From: Catajapyx aquilonaris
Lineage: Eukaryota
DNA: 46,263 nucleotides
Assembly (NCBI GenBank): GCA_000934665.2
Contig: JYFJ02003123.1
Coordinates: 1 to 46,263, forward strand
Direction: 5' to 3'
The notes beneath the pieces were generated by a model. That model searched no databases. It was not told the DNA's origin and saw only the letters and a program-made list of their open reading frames with translations. Of the stretch, positions 1-12,378 are shown in pieces. Numbering within the stretch: the stretch's first letter is position 1; each line of letters begins with the position of its first letter. A program made the position numbers and the translations under genes.

Positions 1-295
1 TTTGATGCAACAGAGTGATGGAATGTATGTTTACAGGCATGGGCTAGCTAGTTATGAACAAAAATCCCAAATCCCAGACCAAGGCTAGTTCCCCATTGCG
101 CACCTTTTTAAAAGATACCAGTAGCAATCCCCGGTGTAAATATCACTGGACACAATTCGCTAAGCATACTGTACTGTAATATCATTATGCCCCAAAATCA
201 ACTACAGAAAAAGTCAATTGTAAAGTGCAAAACAAAAAAACCTTTCACATTTCTAAGAGTTCCTGAAACCATTTGAGAGCTGATCCTTCACCAAC

Positions 296-561
296 CTGAG
301 ACTTCCAGTATGTGAGCACACCATTCTTGAGCAGGAACCAGCGCTTGCTCCATGTCTTGAGCTTCCCTCCTAGCTTGGTAAGGTAGCCTGCCTTCTCCAG
401 ACTCTCCTTCCTGATGGGGCTGTCCATGCAACTGGAGTTCCTCATTAGCAGCAGGGAGGAGGGCAGGGAAGAAGATTCCAGGCTGGCCGTCTCGCAGGAG
501 GCAAGCAGTGCATCTGGGGGGACGGCATAGTCACCAGACATGCCTGACTCCGAGGACGCAT
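296..561 (-). CDS. PLEKHH1/2: PLEKHH-family coding exon: DYAVPPD motif and start of first PH domain (LEKAGYLTKLGGKLKTWSKRWFLLKNGVLTYWKSQ)
   Basis: ccatgtgcag|AT acceptor, CAG|gttggt donor; 266 nt, phase 1/0; canonical PH beta1-beta3 signature K.G.L.K.G...K.W..RWF.L. Confidence 0.95.
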
Positions 562-1387
562 CTGCACATGGAACACACAAGGGGAACCAGGGCAACGAGG
601 GGAGGATACAACACATACACTCACATTCAACTTGCTTTCACAGGTACACAAGAATTTCAAACATTCTTAGGTATGGTATGGTTTACTCATGGAGGGTGTA
701 TGCATTAAGCATGCTCCTGTATGGCTCTGTGTAGATTGCAGGATGACGGTGCATGCATGTATTTGATGTAGTAGCTTATCTGTGTCACTCCTTTTTGTGT
801 AGTCATGCTTGTGGTGCTGATGATACCCAGGGTTGAGGACAAAAATTACTAGCCACAGATATTTGAAAATTCATTACCAAGCTGTGAGATAAATGCAGAT
901 GAGATTACATCCAGTCCTATGTTGTTTTTCTGGACCCCATTGTCACCAGTTCCTGTCCCTTGAACAATGCTATTTCTGGCATCCAAATGTTTACACATAT
1001 TCATGTTAATTATAACTTTCAGTTAGAGTTAAGCTAAGAATATCCTTCCTATAGTGCAAAATTTTGCCAGAAAAGAGGATGGAATTTAAGTGTGTGACAA
1101 CTTTCTCAAAAATATTTTCATCATAATGGCACTATGATAATATCAGAAATGAGAAAGATTAATTTGGATTAATTGATACACAAGTAGGTATCATACTATG
1201 CAAATTCTGTGTCCTGTGGCTAGGGACTCTCAGTTTCTTTTTTAATGCTTATAATTCCTCAATCCTGTAAGAAAAATGCCCATCCCAAAGTTTCTTGTGT
1301 GACAGCCACACAGACTACTTTGTTTCTGTAGTGTTAGTGCTTGTACGACAAGTGAAACAAAGATGCATCAGGCAGCCTGCAACCTAC

Positions 1388-1640
1388 CTCTGCGGGGGCT
1401 TTTGGATGGGGAGGAGCTATTGTGCTTGGCTGGGGAGAGGCTAGAGGAGGTGGTAGTTTTCGCACTCTTGCCAGGGCTGGCCGCAGACAGGGAGGTGTCC
1501 GTATCCCCACTGCTTGCCGGGTGAGAACCTGAACCCGAGCCTGAACCTGAGCTCGTACCTCGGGGCTCACTGTGCTCTTCCCCATCTGATGAGTCTGATG
1601 AATCCCCAGTGAATGGCATCGACCGAATCTGGCTGGCTCT
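1388..1640 (-). CDS. PLEKHH1/2: PLEKHH-family coding exon (RASQIRSMPFTGDSSDSSDGE...SKSPRR)
   Basis: ctctgaatag|AGA acceptor after a 91-nt intron, GAG|gtaggt donor; 253 nt, phase 0/1; Ser-rich. Confidence 0.9.
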
Positions 1641-1731
1641 CTATTCAGAGAAGGGTTAGAGTTACCATTCAGCATATTTAAATGGTAAAGCATGCCCTAA
1701 ATGATGTCATGGATGAATTCAAGTTGCTCAC

Positions 1732-2317
1732 CCCCTTCACAGTGGCATATACAGGTACGCTGATCTCGCAGTATCCTCCTCCACTTCCAGGAGTGGCCTG
1801 CAGTCTGTTGTTATTGGTTGAATCAGACTGCTGACCACCTCTGTTCAGCAGCTGATCACCTAGCGTGAGACCATCCACTGCCACCTGATAAATTCTGGAC
1901 TCCCAAGAAGGAAACCTGTGCAAGGGTGGTGTTGGTGGTTTTGAATCACCAGGCCAGTCTCCTTCATTGGATCCAGAATCTCTTGTTCCCCCACAATGAG
2001 ACCCAGATCCAGAACCTGACCCAGAACCTGACCCAGACCCAGAAGCAGGCCAGGGGCTCCTTTCTTTGCTGGGGGTGTAGATTTCAGCATAGTCATGCAC
2101 TTCGTCTGCTGCTCTGGCTCTGGCACCACCCATCCTGGCACCAGCCCCAGATGAGGTTATTATTTCCTGCACTGCTGCCTGTAACTCCTGGAGTTCTGGT
2201 GCTTGTACCAAGATGCTGTCTGCTGGAGGAATGTCATCATCTTCGTACCGTCTGGGAGCCCTCTGTCTTGGAGGTGGGATTGGTTTGCGCCTAGGGGAAT
2301 CCATGTCATCCACCAAC
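1732..2317 (-). CDS. PLEKHH1/2: PLEKHH-family coding exon with DYAEIYTPS, KPPTPPLHRFPSWESRIY and VPVYATVKG motifs
   Basis: gttacag|G acceptor, GGG|gtgagc donor; 586 nt, phase 2/0; motifs recalled from PLEKHH/CG43867 linkers. Confidence 0.93.
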
Positions 2318-2514
2318 CTGTAACAGCAGCAGTGTGATTCATCCGACTACATGAGCACACTTGAACAATATCGTACACCAAATTTAATCTGCAAGTGAGA
2401 GCTAACCAAAGCCATCCAATAAATTATTCTCAGTCATATTTACATGTCATTGCCTGGCTCACTTTCAATATAATCATTGTTGTACTATCACATCACCTGA
2501 CAAACTCAACCAAC

Positions 2515-2939
2515 CTGGAGGGGTGTGGTGGAGGCACCATGGGCAGGGCAGCATCTAGCACCTCCAGGGGACTCCGAGGACTAAGACCTTGTGGAGTCTC
2601 AAGGTCCACCGACCCTGAGTCTCGTCCCAATACTCCATCTTCAGCGGATAAGTCTGGATACCTCTTCCTCTCCAGGGCAGTCTTAGGTGATGATGTTGCA
2701 GAGGAGGTGGTAGCAGGTGGAGCCCCCCCACCACCCCCTCCACCCCCACCGCCTGGGTCACCCAGGCTGGCTCGGTCTGTTGGTTTAGTACCACAAGCCC
2801 CATTGTCAAGGCGTTGGCGTCGGAGTAGGCTGCTCAGGGTACTGACTGAAGCAGGGCGGGGAGCAGGAGTAAAGTTTTCAGGAGGTGGGCTGTCATCATT
2901 CGGGAGACGATCACCTTCCAGGCTGCCTCTGGATGAGTC
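2515..2939 (-). CDS. PLEKHH1/2: PLEKHH-family coding exon, low-complexity linker with poly-Gly (DSSRGSLEG...PPHPSR)
   Basis: cattttcag|GAC acceptor, CAG|gttggt donor; 425 nt, phase 0/2, matching the phase of the next exon. Confidence 0.85.
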
Positions 2940-3052
2940 CTGAAAATGCACAAAATACATCAGAATTAAGTTCAATCAATTACTTGGAAAGTTGACAATA
3001 GAACTAATTATGTGGATTAAAAAAAAATCCTTTAAATTCCTCAATTGCCTTG

Positions 3053-3088
3053 TCGCATCTTTGAGATACTTCGCATCTTTGAGCTACT
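3053..3088. repeat. 18-bp tandem duplication
   Basis: tcgcatctttgagatact / tcgcatctttgagctact. Confidence 0.85.
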
Positions 3089-3108
3089 TGAGTCTATATT
3101 AATAGTGT

Positions 3109-3122
3109 CCACCAGGGGGCAC
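3109..3122 (+). promoter_or_regulatory. CTCF-like motif
   Basis: CCACCAGGGGGCAC matches the CTCF core consensus; motif match only. Confidence 0.35.
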
Positions 3123-3557
3123 ACACACACACACATGTCAGAATTTGTTTTCTTTTTGCATTTTCAAAATTGACAGGTAGCACAGCTGCATTGTTTTCCT
3201 CCATAAGGTGGGCAATTAAACCATATTTATCTGAGCCACATGTAAATAATACACACAAAACAATCTACATTGTAAAGCATTTTAACAAGGCCTACTTCTG
3301 GCAGAAAATCAGTGCATAAGAATTGCCTTGAACAATCAGTGTATTTATGATGCCTTCTAGCAACTAGAGTGAATGGTGGTCATTTTGATCAAATATAGAA
3401 CTACACATCCTAATCATGCAAGAATCTAATTCTTTATATTACATGGCTTACATGCACTCATTAGCCCCATAATTCATTAAGTTATTTCCCTAGATAATCA
3501 GTCATATCATTGTAGATATGATTTTCTTTTGAGGCAGTGTGGCACATTGAACCATAC

Positions 3558-3698
3558 CGGAACTTCTGTGCTAAGTCTCCGGCGAGGCTTGGTGTTGGCG
3601 TTCATCAGGCTGATGTGTTCCATTCTGTTTCGAAGCAGCTCCAGCTGTTCGTTGCACTTCTGGTTCTGTTGCCGCAGATGCTGGTTTTGTTCCTCCAA
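3558..3698 (-). CDS. PLEKHH1/2: PLEKHH-family coding exon (LEEQNQHLRQQNQKCNEQLELLR...STEVP)
   Basis: tcattgcag|TTG acceptor, CCG|gtatgg donor; 141 nt, phase 0/0; continues the family motif KL..LE.ENQHL. Confidence 0.92.
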
Positions 3699-3747
3699 CT
3701 GCAATGACCAAGAACCAAGTGTAAAACCAATGTCAACTCCAGCTTAC

Positions 3748-3759
3748 CCTTCTGTTCAT
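3748..3759 (-). CDS. Candidate coding end of an alternative first exon (MNRR) for a short isoform
   Basis: ATG AAC AGA AGG followed by consensus donor gtaagc, 49 nt upstream of the 3698 acceptor, in frame; in-frame TAA immediately before the ATG. Confidence 0.45.
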
Positions 3760-6700
3760 TACTCCTGTCCCTACTATCGTACCGCAGCTATAACAAGGGC
3801 CGGATTCTCCCACTCTCCATCCCACACCTGCACTTCCTGGTCAACACACATATCCACCACAACCGGAACCTCCTCCAACTCCATTTCGGAGCCCTCGCTT
3901 GTCCTGTGACATCTCAACCGCCTGACCTGACAGCAGTTGATCCACATACGTGTTATGCTGATGCTGTACCACCACCGAACAAACACAGGACTTGCGATGG
4001 GAAGGAGAGACGCACTACCACTGCAGCATCAGGCATGAGCTGCATTCCCAATTGCCAGAGTTCCGCACTGGTTGGCTGCTCAGAAGGGTGGGTGCGGCTC
4101 AAGACAACCCGCTGAGTATAGCCCTTTTTGCAGGAACAGCCGTTTTTTGGAAAGGGTGCCTGTGTGGGACTACAGGGAACTCCCAGCTGAGTCACAGGGC
4201 CAACCCGCCCCCTGTATTTTCCCCCCCTGCAACATCCCAGACCCACTTGCCGGAATGTGATCAATAGTTTCCTTGCGGGGAAAACCACCCCCTTCCCCTT
4301 CCCCCCCCCCCTCCCCCCTGTCTCTTCATCCCCATCTCAGATGGTGATCATCGTGATGGAACGGGACTTTTGGGGGATTTCCTGTGGAAATTGCCCCTCA
4401 ACCCACTCCTTTGGCGTCACACTGAAGTGAGACAGAAGAGAGGTGGGTGATTGCCATTCAGGTTACTAGAAAGTTAGAACTAACAACCATCCAAACACAT
4501 TCGTTACGTTTTTAAAAATTTCGTCTAGCTGCTTGGGCAATCCTCTCCTCAAAGGTAACAGTGTGCTCAGTGTGACCACATAAGAGGGAGGAAGGGCCAA
4601 AATATGACAACCTAAAAAATTACATATTCGGATGAAAATTCCACCCAGTCCCTGGTCCTGGCAGAATTGAATTACCTGTATCCATCATGCCAAACCCCTG
4701 CGGCATAGACAACTCTAGCAAATCGACCTTTGTAAAGTTTCCCGTGTAAAATGGGTGCTTAAAATTTATGTCCAATACCCCTCTCTGTGCAAAAAAAAAA
4801 ACCAAGTGAAAATTCTGCATCACTCTGTAAATCAATATTAACACATCGTTATTATTTTACGTTAACATGTGTGAAGCAGGTAGCCAGCTAAGTATTTCTA
4901 CAGGCAATAGCAGTATTAGGACTCTATTGAGCTATCCGGGCGATATCTCACCCACCCGGGGGGGGGGGGGGGGGGGNGGGGGACTAACCCTGGCTTCCCG
5001 ACTACATTAATGCAGTGAGCGTAAACATGTGATAAGAGGTATGTCCAGGGGCGTCCAGAGCGGCCGTCGCAACCTCTGGCAGCTCCCATTAGTTCCAGAA
5101 TGCTAAGCTTATCGCCTAGCTGAAAAATGGTCCTGCACTCGGCACGCACTTTCCCACAAACATATCATTAATTACCCGCTTTTCCCTTTATGTGGAAAAA
5201 TTCGCAAGAATCATTCGTTGTTGTTTTTTACCGTGCCCATATAACGAGAAAATATAATGGAAACTCATCATGAAATCAGGAAACGTAAGTACTCCACCAA
5301 GAATCAAGATTTTCTGAAATCGATTCAAGCCTACCATTTTTATTTTTAAAAATGCTGAAATGACCGAGGATGACAACTTGAATGAAATGAAAGATAATCG
5401 GAGATTTTTTTCTTAACTTTCGTTCATACAACCAGCCCTTTACTTTCCAACTGTGTGCCTACGTGCAGAAGGAGCGTGTCCTTGAGGTTCAGACGGAAGA
5501 AGGGTTTGAGTCTACGTTATGTAAATCCGATCGGGCTCCCGGTGCCGAACTTTTCATGTCACCAAATTTTTATGTATCCCACGAGTCTCTCATAGCCTTG
5601 AAGATTTTTTTTTCCCCCTTTGCCTTCTATGGCCTCAATTCCGACAAGCGATCTTCACCTCCTTTCGCAAGGAACGTTTCAGGTTTTTGGATCGAGCGGA
5701 TCAAGTAAAACTATTTTTTCGGAAAGGATGGGCCAGAATTGCGTAAATATGGACAGACACAAGTGACAGAGAATTACGCCGAAAGGATGAGTCAAAGCGT
5801 CAATAAAGCAGCTCTGCCTAATTTAATCGACAGTCACTGGGAAAGGGTGCTGGCGAAAGTGGGAGGAGGATGAGGGCTTACATCGATGACCTATGCCCTA
5901 TATTGTCACTGTAATGTTTCTGTATGAAGTAAGGAAACTGCCCCAGGCCTGGTTTGAAACCCCCTCGAGTGAGTTATTTTCTAAGATGGACACATCCTTG
6001 CGCGTCCCTTCCCCGCCAGACCGCTAGATGATAATCCCTCATGAGATTCAAACAAACAATGCATGATATGACAATGTCTGACTAGGCTCTACACTGCCGT
6101 CAGATATGAGAAGACCGTAACTCAATGTCCACTCAATGTCCAAAAAAAGCAGTGGTACCAAAAGCAACTAACAGGTGGAGTTGGGATCCGTTCCGTTTTC
6201 CCCCTTCCCCCAACGCCACCTCTTGGATGCTTTCGGTAACACTTGCTTTCTTTTCTCGCCGCAAGGGAAGTGGATATTGAGTTACGGTCCTCTCACATCT
6301 GACGGCAGTATAGAGGAACGCTTCGGACCCAAAGTTTTGTTCATCCGTTACTACATGATTTAACATCAACAAAAAACATACCGGTAGCCTATTTTGCATT
6401 CATTGAAAAATAAGCTTCTTAGCATAATATTTGGTGTGGGTATGTTATTGCAGTTAATATTTAAAAGTCGCCCATGATGGAAATACGCCACAGCCATCTG
6501 CAATCAACATTAATGGCTAGTCGCAGCAGGCAAGTCATCCCACTTCAAAGGAACACTGAACTTCCGAAAGTCACGCGCCTGCAATATATGCATCGTGGCG
6601 AATGCTGTTCTACACATCATCCAACTCCTAGGAGGAAAAACTCAAGCCCTGGTCAACTCACTGCAACATCGGTACGGGAAATGCCTGCCATGGAAATTGA

Positions 6701-8389
6701 CAAGTACCGTACCTTCGGGCAATGCATTAAGATATCTCCTTAGTTCAAAGAACTTGTTCCTTGCCGAGTAGACTATGTTCTCTTTACTTCCCATTATACA
6801 GTTGTTAACACGCCTCCCTTTTTAATTCCACTGTTGTCTGTGTCATTCTAATCTTCGTGCAGAGCAGTGGCTTGCGTGATCAGTCTATTCCTCCGAAGAC
6901 CTGCACTTAAAAAGTCAAAGTAATAAGTGCAGCCTTGCTTGGGACGACAATTTGGCTACGACCCAAACCGCCCAACACCCATAAAAATAGTTTTTAAAAA
7001 TAATGCAATTTTTGATAAACCCGGAGTCGCCTCTCCTCCGAAATGCCCTTTCCCATGCAGATATATTCCGGGCTTTAGCCACCAGGCGCTAAGCTGATTA
7101 CTCGCATGTACAGTACCTACTAAGTACGCAGTGGCTGGTGCCACCTGAATCCGCGATCGTCCATTAATATGCGCATGAAGAATTACGCTAATAATAATTG
7201 CAACGCGGGCCTACACGCAGTTCTCTCTTCATATCTTCCACAACCCTATCCGTGGTACCACCCATATGGAATCAAACTGTCAGTACCGGACACGACAACC
7301 CAAGTTATTCCCGCAAAAAAAGTGCAAGTACTCTACTTATCAGTCACGAAAAACCCTCCACAAAAGTGATCATGAATCAAGATGAAATCTCCATCGGTGA
7401 CAAAATGAACGGCACTTTCTTGACGGGCCAGATTGGCAAACTTTGGCGTCCATCTGGCCTGGGAGCTTATCGTCACAACTTAGCGCTCTTCTAATTAGTG
7501 GGTGGTGGAAGCAGCGGGAGGGTCATGCAAAAGGAGTGAGGGCTGGATAATAGCGCTGGTAGACTCTCGCCCATTGGTCTGCAGGTCCTAAAACCAGCTG
7601 GGGAGAGAGAAAGCTGGGCAACCCTACCATGATAAGCTCGGTCGGCTGCACTGCAGGCAACTTAGACTCTGTTTTTAGGGAGAGGGTCGATACGCCTGTC
7701 TCGACACTCGGTCCCCAATTCTTAATCCCCCAGCTTTTAACTCTCACTCTCTGTTAATCCTCTGGCCTGAACTGGTCTAAAGGCTTCTTTTTCTCTCTAT
7801 TCCTATCCAGCCCACAAAAAAGTGGCTGCAGCAGAGCAGCCACGAACCACAGCAATGGTTCCCTCGAAACAAACATTAAGGAATACAGTCCCCCCCCTCC
7901 CTCCCTCCACTTTTCCCAACGGACTCGGAGGCCCCTCACGGATGCTGCCATCTTACCCTTATTGGTGGCTTCCGGCAAAGTCACGCCAACCCCCTGGCCA
8001 AAAAACTACTTCAAGTTTTCTCCGGGCCTTAAATTACAGTTTGCACGGAAGGTCTTCTCCACAGCCAGCACACATTCCAGTCGTTCGTTCTACTTAACAG
8101 AGGACAAAGTCTCCCCAGAATTGCAGCAGAAGAGGTCAACTTTCAAGTGCCGTCGTATAGAACCGTTTGGTTCCAGTTTAAAAGGAAGTTGGTGGAAGAA
8201 ACGGAGGGGTTCAAAGAAGAAGAAGAAAAAAAAAATCCTATCTCGCTCAGAGTGCTGGAACATCTCGACCGACAGGCCGAGTTCATCTTTCAAGGCACAA
8301 AGACGCTTCATCCATCCTGGCCCACATTCATCTTTCTCTGCGAGCTGTGGGAAGGAGTGAAAAAAGACTAGAGGGCAAGCTCTACTCAC

Positions 8390-8473
8390 CTCCTTGAGTT
8401 TGTTGGTCACCCACAACTTGATCTTGGCAGCTTTGGCCTCCACTTGCTTAGCGTCTTGGATCCGTAACTGGCG
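8390..8473 (-). CDS. PLEKHH1/2: PLEKHH-family coding exon (RQLRIQDAKQVEAKAAKIKLWVTNKLKE)
   Basis: cgtttcag|CGC acceptor, GAG|gtgagt donor; 84 nt; contains the family motif KAAKIKxWVTxKL. Confidence 0.95.
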
Positions 8474-9127
8474 CTGAAACGAATTAGAAACTCGTCATAT
8501 ATATACACACACACACATATATGGTTCTTTCCCGAATTATTATCCCGTAGTTGGACCTAAGCCGGGGGAAGAGGGTCTGGAACTAATCCCCCTCCTTCCC
8601 TTCCAGCATGATAAGCCAGCTAACGAGCTCGTCAAAGTGCCGCCAGAAACTCCGACTCCAGATAAAGTCGCCAATAAAACAACTCCGGCAGAACAATGGA
8701 GAACGGATCCGACGCGATTATTATAGTCTCTTCCGCAGCAGTTATTCGGGCGACAGATGCCGGAGTCGTTCGGCGGCCAGGAAAAAGCTGGCTTGATAGA
8801 AATAATTTGCAGCTTCTTCAGCCAGTCCTGGAACGACCGTCCTGGGGGCAGTTATGCCCGGAACAAAGGGTGCATCGTCCGGTCCCAAGTTGGCCGGATG
8901 CACGCAACCTGTTATCCCATGCTCAACATCTGCCACGCCAGACGGTATTTTGGCGGAATTAATAAAAATGCAAAAAGCTGCACTGCGTCTGCAGAGGGGT
9001 GTATCTAGTGTGTTTCATCCCTGTAAATGCAGTCTAATTTGGCTGGCTGGAGAATGGGTGGCGGGAATTGATTGCTCTGGCGGCTGGCGAAAGAGTGGCA
9101 GCCAGTTTGGGCCAAAAAGAAACTCAC

Positions 9128-9265
9128 CTGTTCCTCCACCTGCGTCTCCAGACGATTGATGGTCCTCTCTTTCTCCCTGACAGCGTCCCTCAATTCGCAG
9201 CTGTGCTCTGGTGAATCGCTCGATGCCCATTCGGCTTCGTTCAGCCGCTGCTCCATCATCCGCAC
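9128..9265 (-). CDS. PLEKHH1/2: PLEKHH-family coding exon, coiled coil (VRMMEQRLNEAEW...RLETQVEEQ)
   Basis: ccattgcag|GTG acceptor, CAG|gtgagt donor; 138 nt, phase 0/0; heptad-like composition. Confidence 0.92.
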
Positions 9266-12053
9266 CTGCAATGGACCAAGGTGCACAATTTTACAGGTGT
9301 ACTCTCACATACTATTTTTTACCATTATAGTGTAGGTGGGTGGGTTAAAAGACAGAACGTACTATAGGCACGTGATGTACAGTCAGTTCATATTAAAACG
9401 GGGTTTCATGTGGCATAATGTGGGCATGTTGAAAATTCACGTATCCCCTGCAGACTCATGTCGAGTCAACATTTTTTTCCGTCGATAGCAGTGTGTGCAT
9501 AAAGACTAGAAATGACCAGTGCGTGACCTACATTATGCAGGACTCTGTTCCCGTTGCGATGCGAACGTCCATCATACTCAACGAACTTGATGCGATTACC
9601 GTGTCTTCAGAAACGTGTATCACAGCCGCCTATGGACTCGCGGACGATGTGTGTCGAGCTAGGGCGTGTTCAACGGAGCGTGTAATGGTCTGTTCACACA
9701 TCACTTCTTTTCCAGAAGCTCATTTTTACAAGCAAAATTGAGCGTCTGAAGTGCGCTTGGGGGGAAAAAAGTGGCTGTATATGAACATACAATAAGTCAT
9801 TTTGACAATAAATGGCCCTTTGTGTGCACTTTAGACTGAAGGATAGCAATGGCTTGTTCTATATTAGAATATTGTTTAATATCTGATAACCCTGAAAAAA
9901 TACTAGTTATATATAACACCTCCAGAGAGAGGGATGCATTATTAGGAAAACAATGGGAGAATTTAAGCGCTAATTAAGTGCTAACGGCAGGTATATCCCC
10001 GGTTATTGGCAAAAGTAAGCCCATATATGCGCGTTTCCCCCGCTAACTGGAGCCGTTCTAACTTCAGTGAACACCTTAACCCAGCTCCATAGCATGAGCC
10101 CTAAGCACAAAAAAATTTAATATCACTTGCGTATAACTTGCATACGATGGTAAAATAACTCAACTACTTTCTGCGAGGTAGTGGCATGCAGTCACTTTTA
10201 TTTTTATACATTCATGCACGTAATTTATTGCATTCGCCTCTAAATATCACATTTGACTGTATAAACTCTAGTATGAATCCACTCACTATAGGCCTACATT
10301 TGGAACAAAAATATCAGCGTTCTTACGTTACGAAAAGGACAGAAGTGGTCTTATCGCAAGCCAGCCATACCGTACTACAATACATCTAAAAATAACTATA
10401 GTCTAGCGCTTTCAGTTTTAACCAAACGGTACCAGTATATTTCTCATTTTACAATATTACACCCTAAAAGTAACAGTTCCAACTGCTTAAAAAGAAGCAA
10501 CTTGGTGCCAAATATCGCTCTACTAATCATATCAACTGGAATATCTGCATTTGTGAAATACTGTATTAGCGTTCTTCCTTTAGCTTTGCAGTTGGGTACT
10601 GACAATTTTTAAAATGACCGACATGCTCCTTTTTCTTACAGTACTGAGTACATTAAACCCCTCTAGCAAGTGATGTTACTCTCGAGTAAACTACGTCACT
10701 CTCGGTGCACGGTCCACTATAGAAAACTGGGATGAATCCACTGGCTGGGCCTATCCATTTTCCATACACTTCCGGCCATACCCGGAGATCCGTCCCAGCT
10801 CTTGTGTGATTTGTAGTCTCCACGACTCTCCCAACCTTCTTCCAATTGGTCCATAAAGTCGCTGTCGGATGACAGAAACGCACCGGAACTCCTTTTTCCC
10901 GCCTCCAAAACGTCCCTATAACTGTTATCGGCCGAAAACGAGTTGGTAGCTGGAGTCTATCTCCCAAAAGGTCGCCTATACTTTCTTCAGACTCGCCACC
11001 CAGAGATGGTCCAATCTTATTTCCGAATTCCTCGTGTTGGCCACACAGTCTATCTGGTGGGGGATGGAGGAGGGAAGAGTGAGGGAGGGCTATGTGGTGG
11101 GTGAGATCGATATGGGAATCCATGTTCCGGGAGGTGATCCCCGGAAAATGGGGCTGCCTGCCGGAATGAAGAACAGCTGCTGTATCGGTGCTAGAGTGGG
11201 CTGCAGATTTAAAGCCTCCGCCCCGTACACTCTGTCTCCCTGGACGATCGTCACCACGTGAAGCACTCTGATAACACCACACTTCTTTCCTTTTTGGCAT
11301 CCTATTAACTCCCTCTCTACTCAATGGACCAGAGACGCCATCCACCCTCAAAATCCACACTTATACGTTTTGCTTCAAACCCACCTTTTTTTTTCTCTCT
11401 TTAAAAACAAAAAAAAGGTAGACGGTGGAAACAGGCCCCTTGCCGGCAGCCTTCTCGTTTGCCCTGACCGGCAATAAACTCAATTCCATTTCAACTGGGA
11501 GCTAGAAGCCAACCGGGTCCACCGACGCTAATGTCTCCGGACTTTTGTTTTAGGAGACCTGCTAGTCCAGGTTGGCCGCGGACGCACGGAAACGACTGGC
11601 CATGTCGCACAGAGGAAACAATTTCCAGAACAAGGACTTTGTCCTCTCTGTGGGAAAGAGAAAAGATAGGCGGTTCTGTTCGGTGTCTTACAGGACACCC
11701 TCATTTCGCATCATGCAAATGATTTCAGATTTGGCTCCGTACTTCGAGTTTAAAGAAATATCCAAGTGGACTGGTCATATTAGTCATAATGTTGCCAGAA
11801 GGCCAGAGTTAATTCGACAAGTGGCAAAAAATATCACTGCTACTAGCCCACTTGGAAAAAATAAGCACCGACATAAAAGACACAAAGGTTGTGTTCAACA
11901 TAGATGCTTCCATCCAACACAATTTTTGCTCCCCCTAAAATAACTGATAAGCAGTTGAGACAGAGCATGTACTATGGGACTCTAATTGTTTTGGCCACTT
12001 TATCCTGGTCTTGAAGCAACCCTTCGAACAGGCCCCACGGTGAGAAGGTGTGT

Positions 12054-12358
12054 ACTTGTCTTCAATAAGCTGTGGGGACGTCAATTTTTGTTTTACTGTA
12101 ACTGTGGGGACTTTTGTCCCCACAATATCTCTTCTGGGTACATTTTGCGTCCCCACAAGAAAAATGCGGGTTTGGTTTCAGTCATTGGGGGACATGCCCC
12201 CACAATTTTCAGTTGCAGGGTTTTAGAAAAGGCAATTTTTCTCAGCCTAGGTTCGTTAGGGTAGGGTAGGTAAGGTTAGGGTAGGTTAGGTTAGGTTAGT
12301 TTACACTAGCTTTGAAAATGTGAGTTTTCAACGTCCCCATAGCTTATTGAGCGCAGGG
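12054..12358. mobile_element. MITE-like unit A next to (TG)n, with internal TTAGG/GTAGG tract
   Basis: Subterminal IRs 12062-12081 / 12331-12350 (19/20); repeated tggggac/gtcccca motifs; TTAGG-like tract at ~12246-12299. Ends approximate. Confidence 0.75.
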
Positions 12359-12378
12359 AGTGTGTGTGTGTGTGTGTG

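Noticed and set aside
1926..2943. Plus-strand ORFs of 122 and 182 aa
   Set aside because: Antisense shadows of the real minus-strand exons.
4957..4983. Poly-G tracts (also ~14312, ~35099, ~37085, ~40096) as functional G-quadruplexes
   Set aside because: Simple homopolymers, two containing N calls, so their lengths are unreliable and there is no evidence of function.
8090..8389. ORF extension past ...TNKLKE
   Set aside because: Reads through a consensus gtgagt donor into intron with a poly-Phe low-complexity tract.
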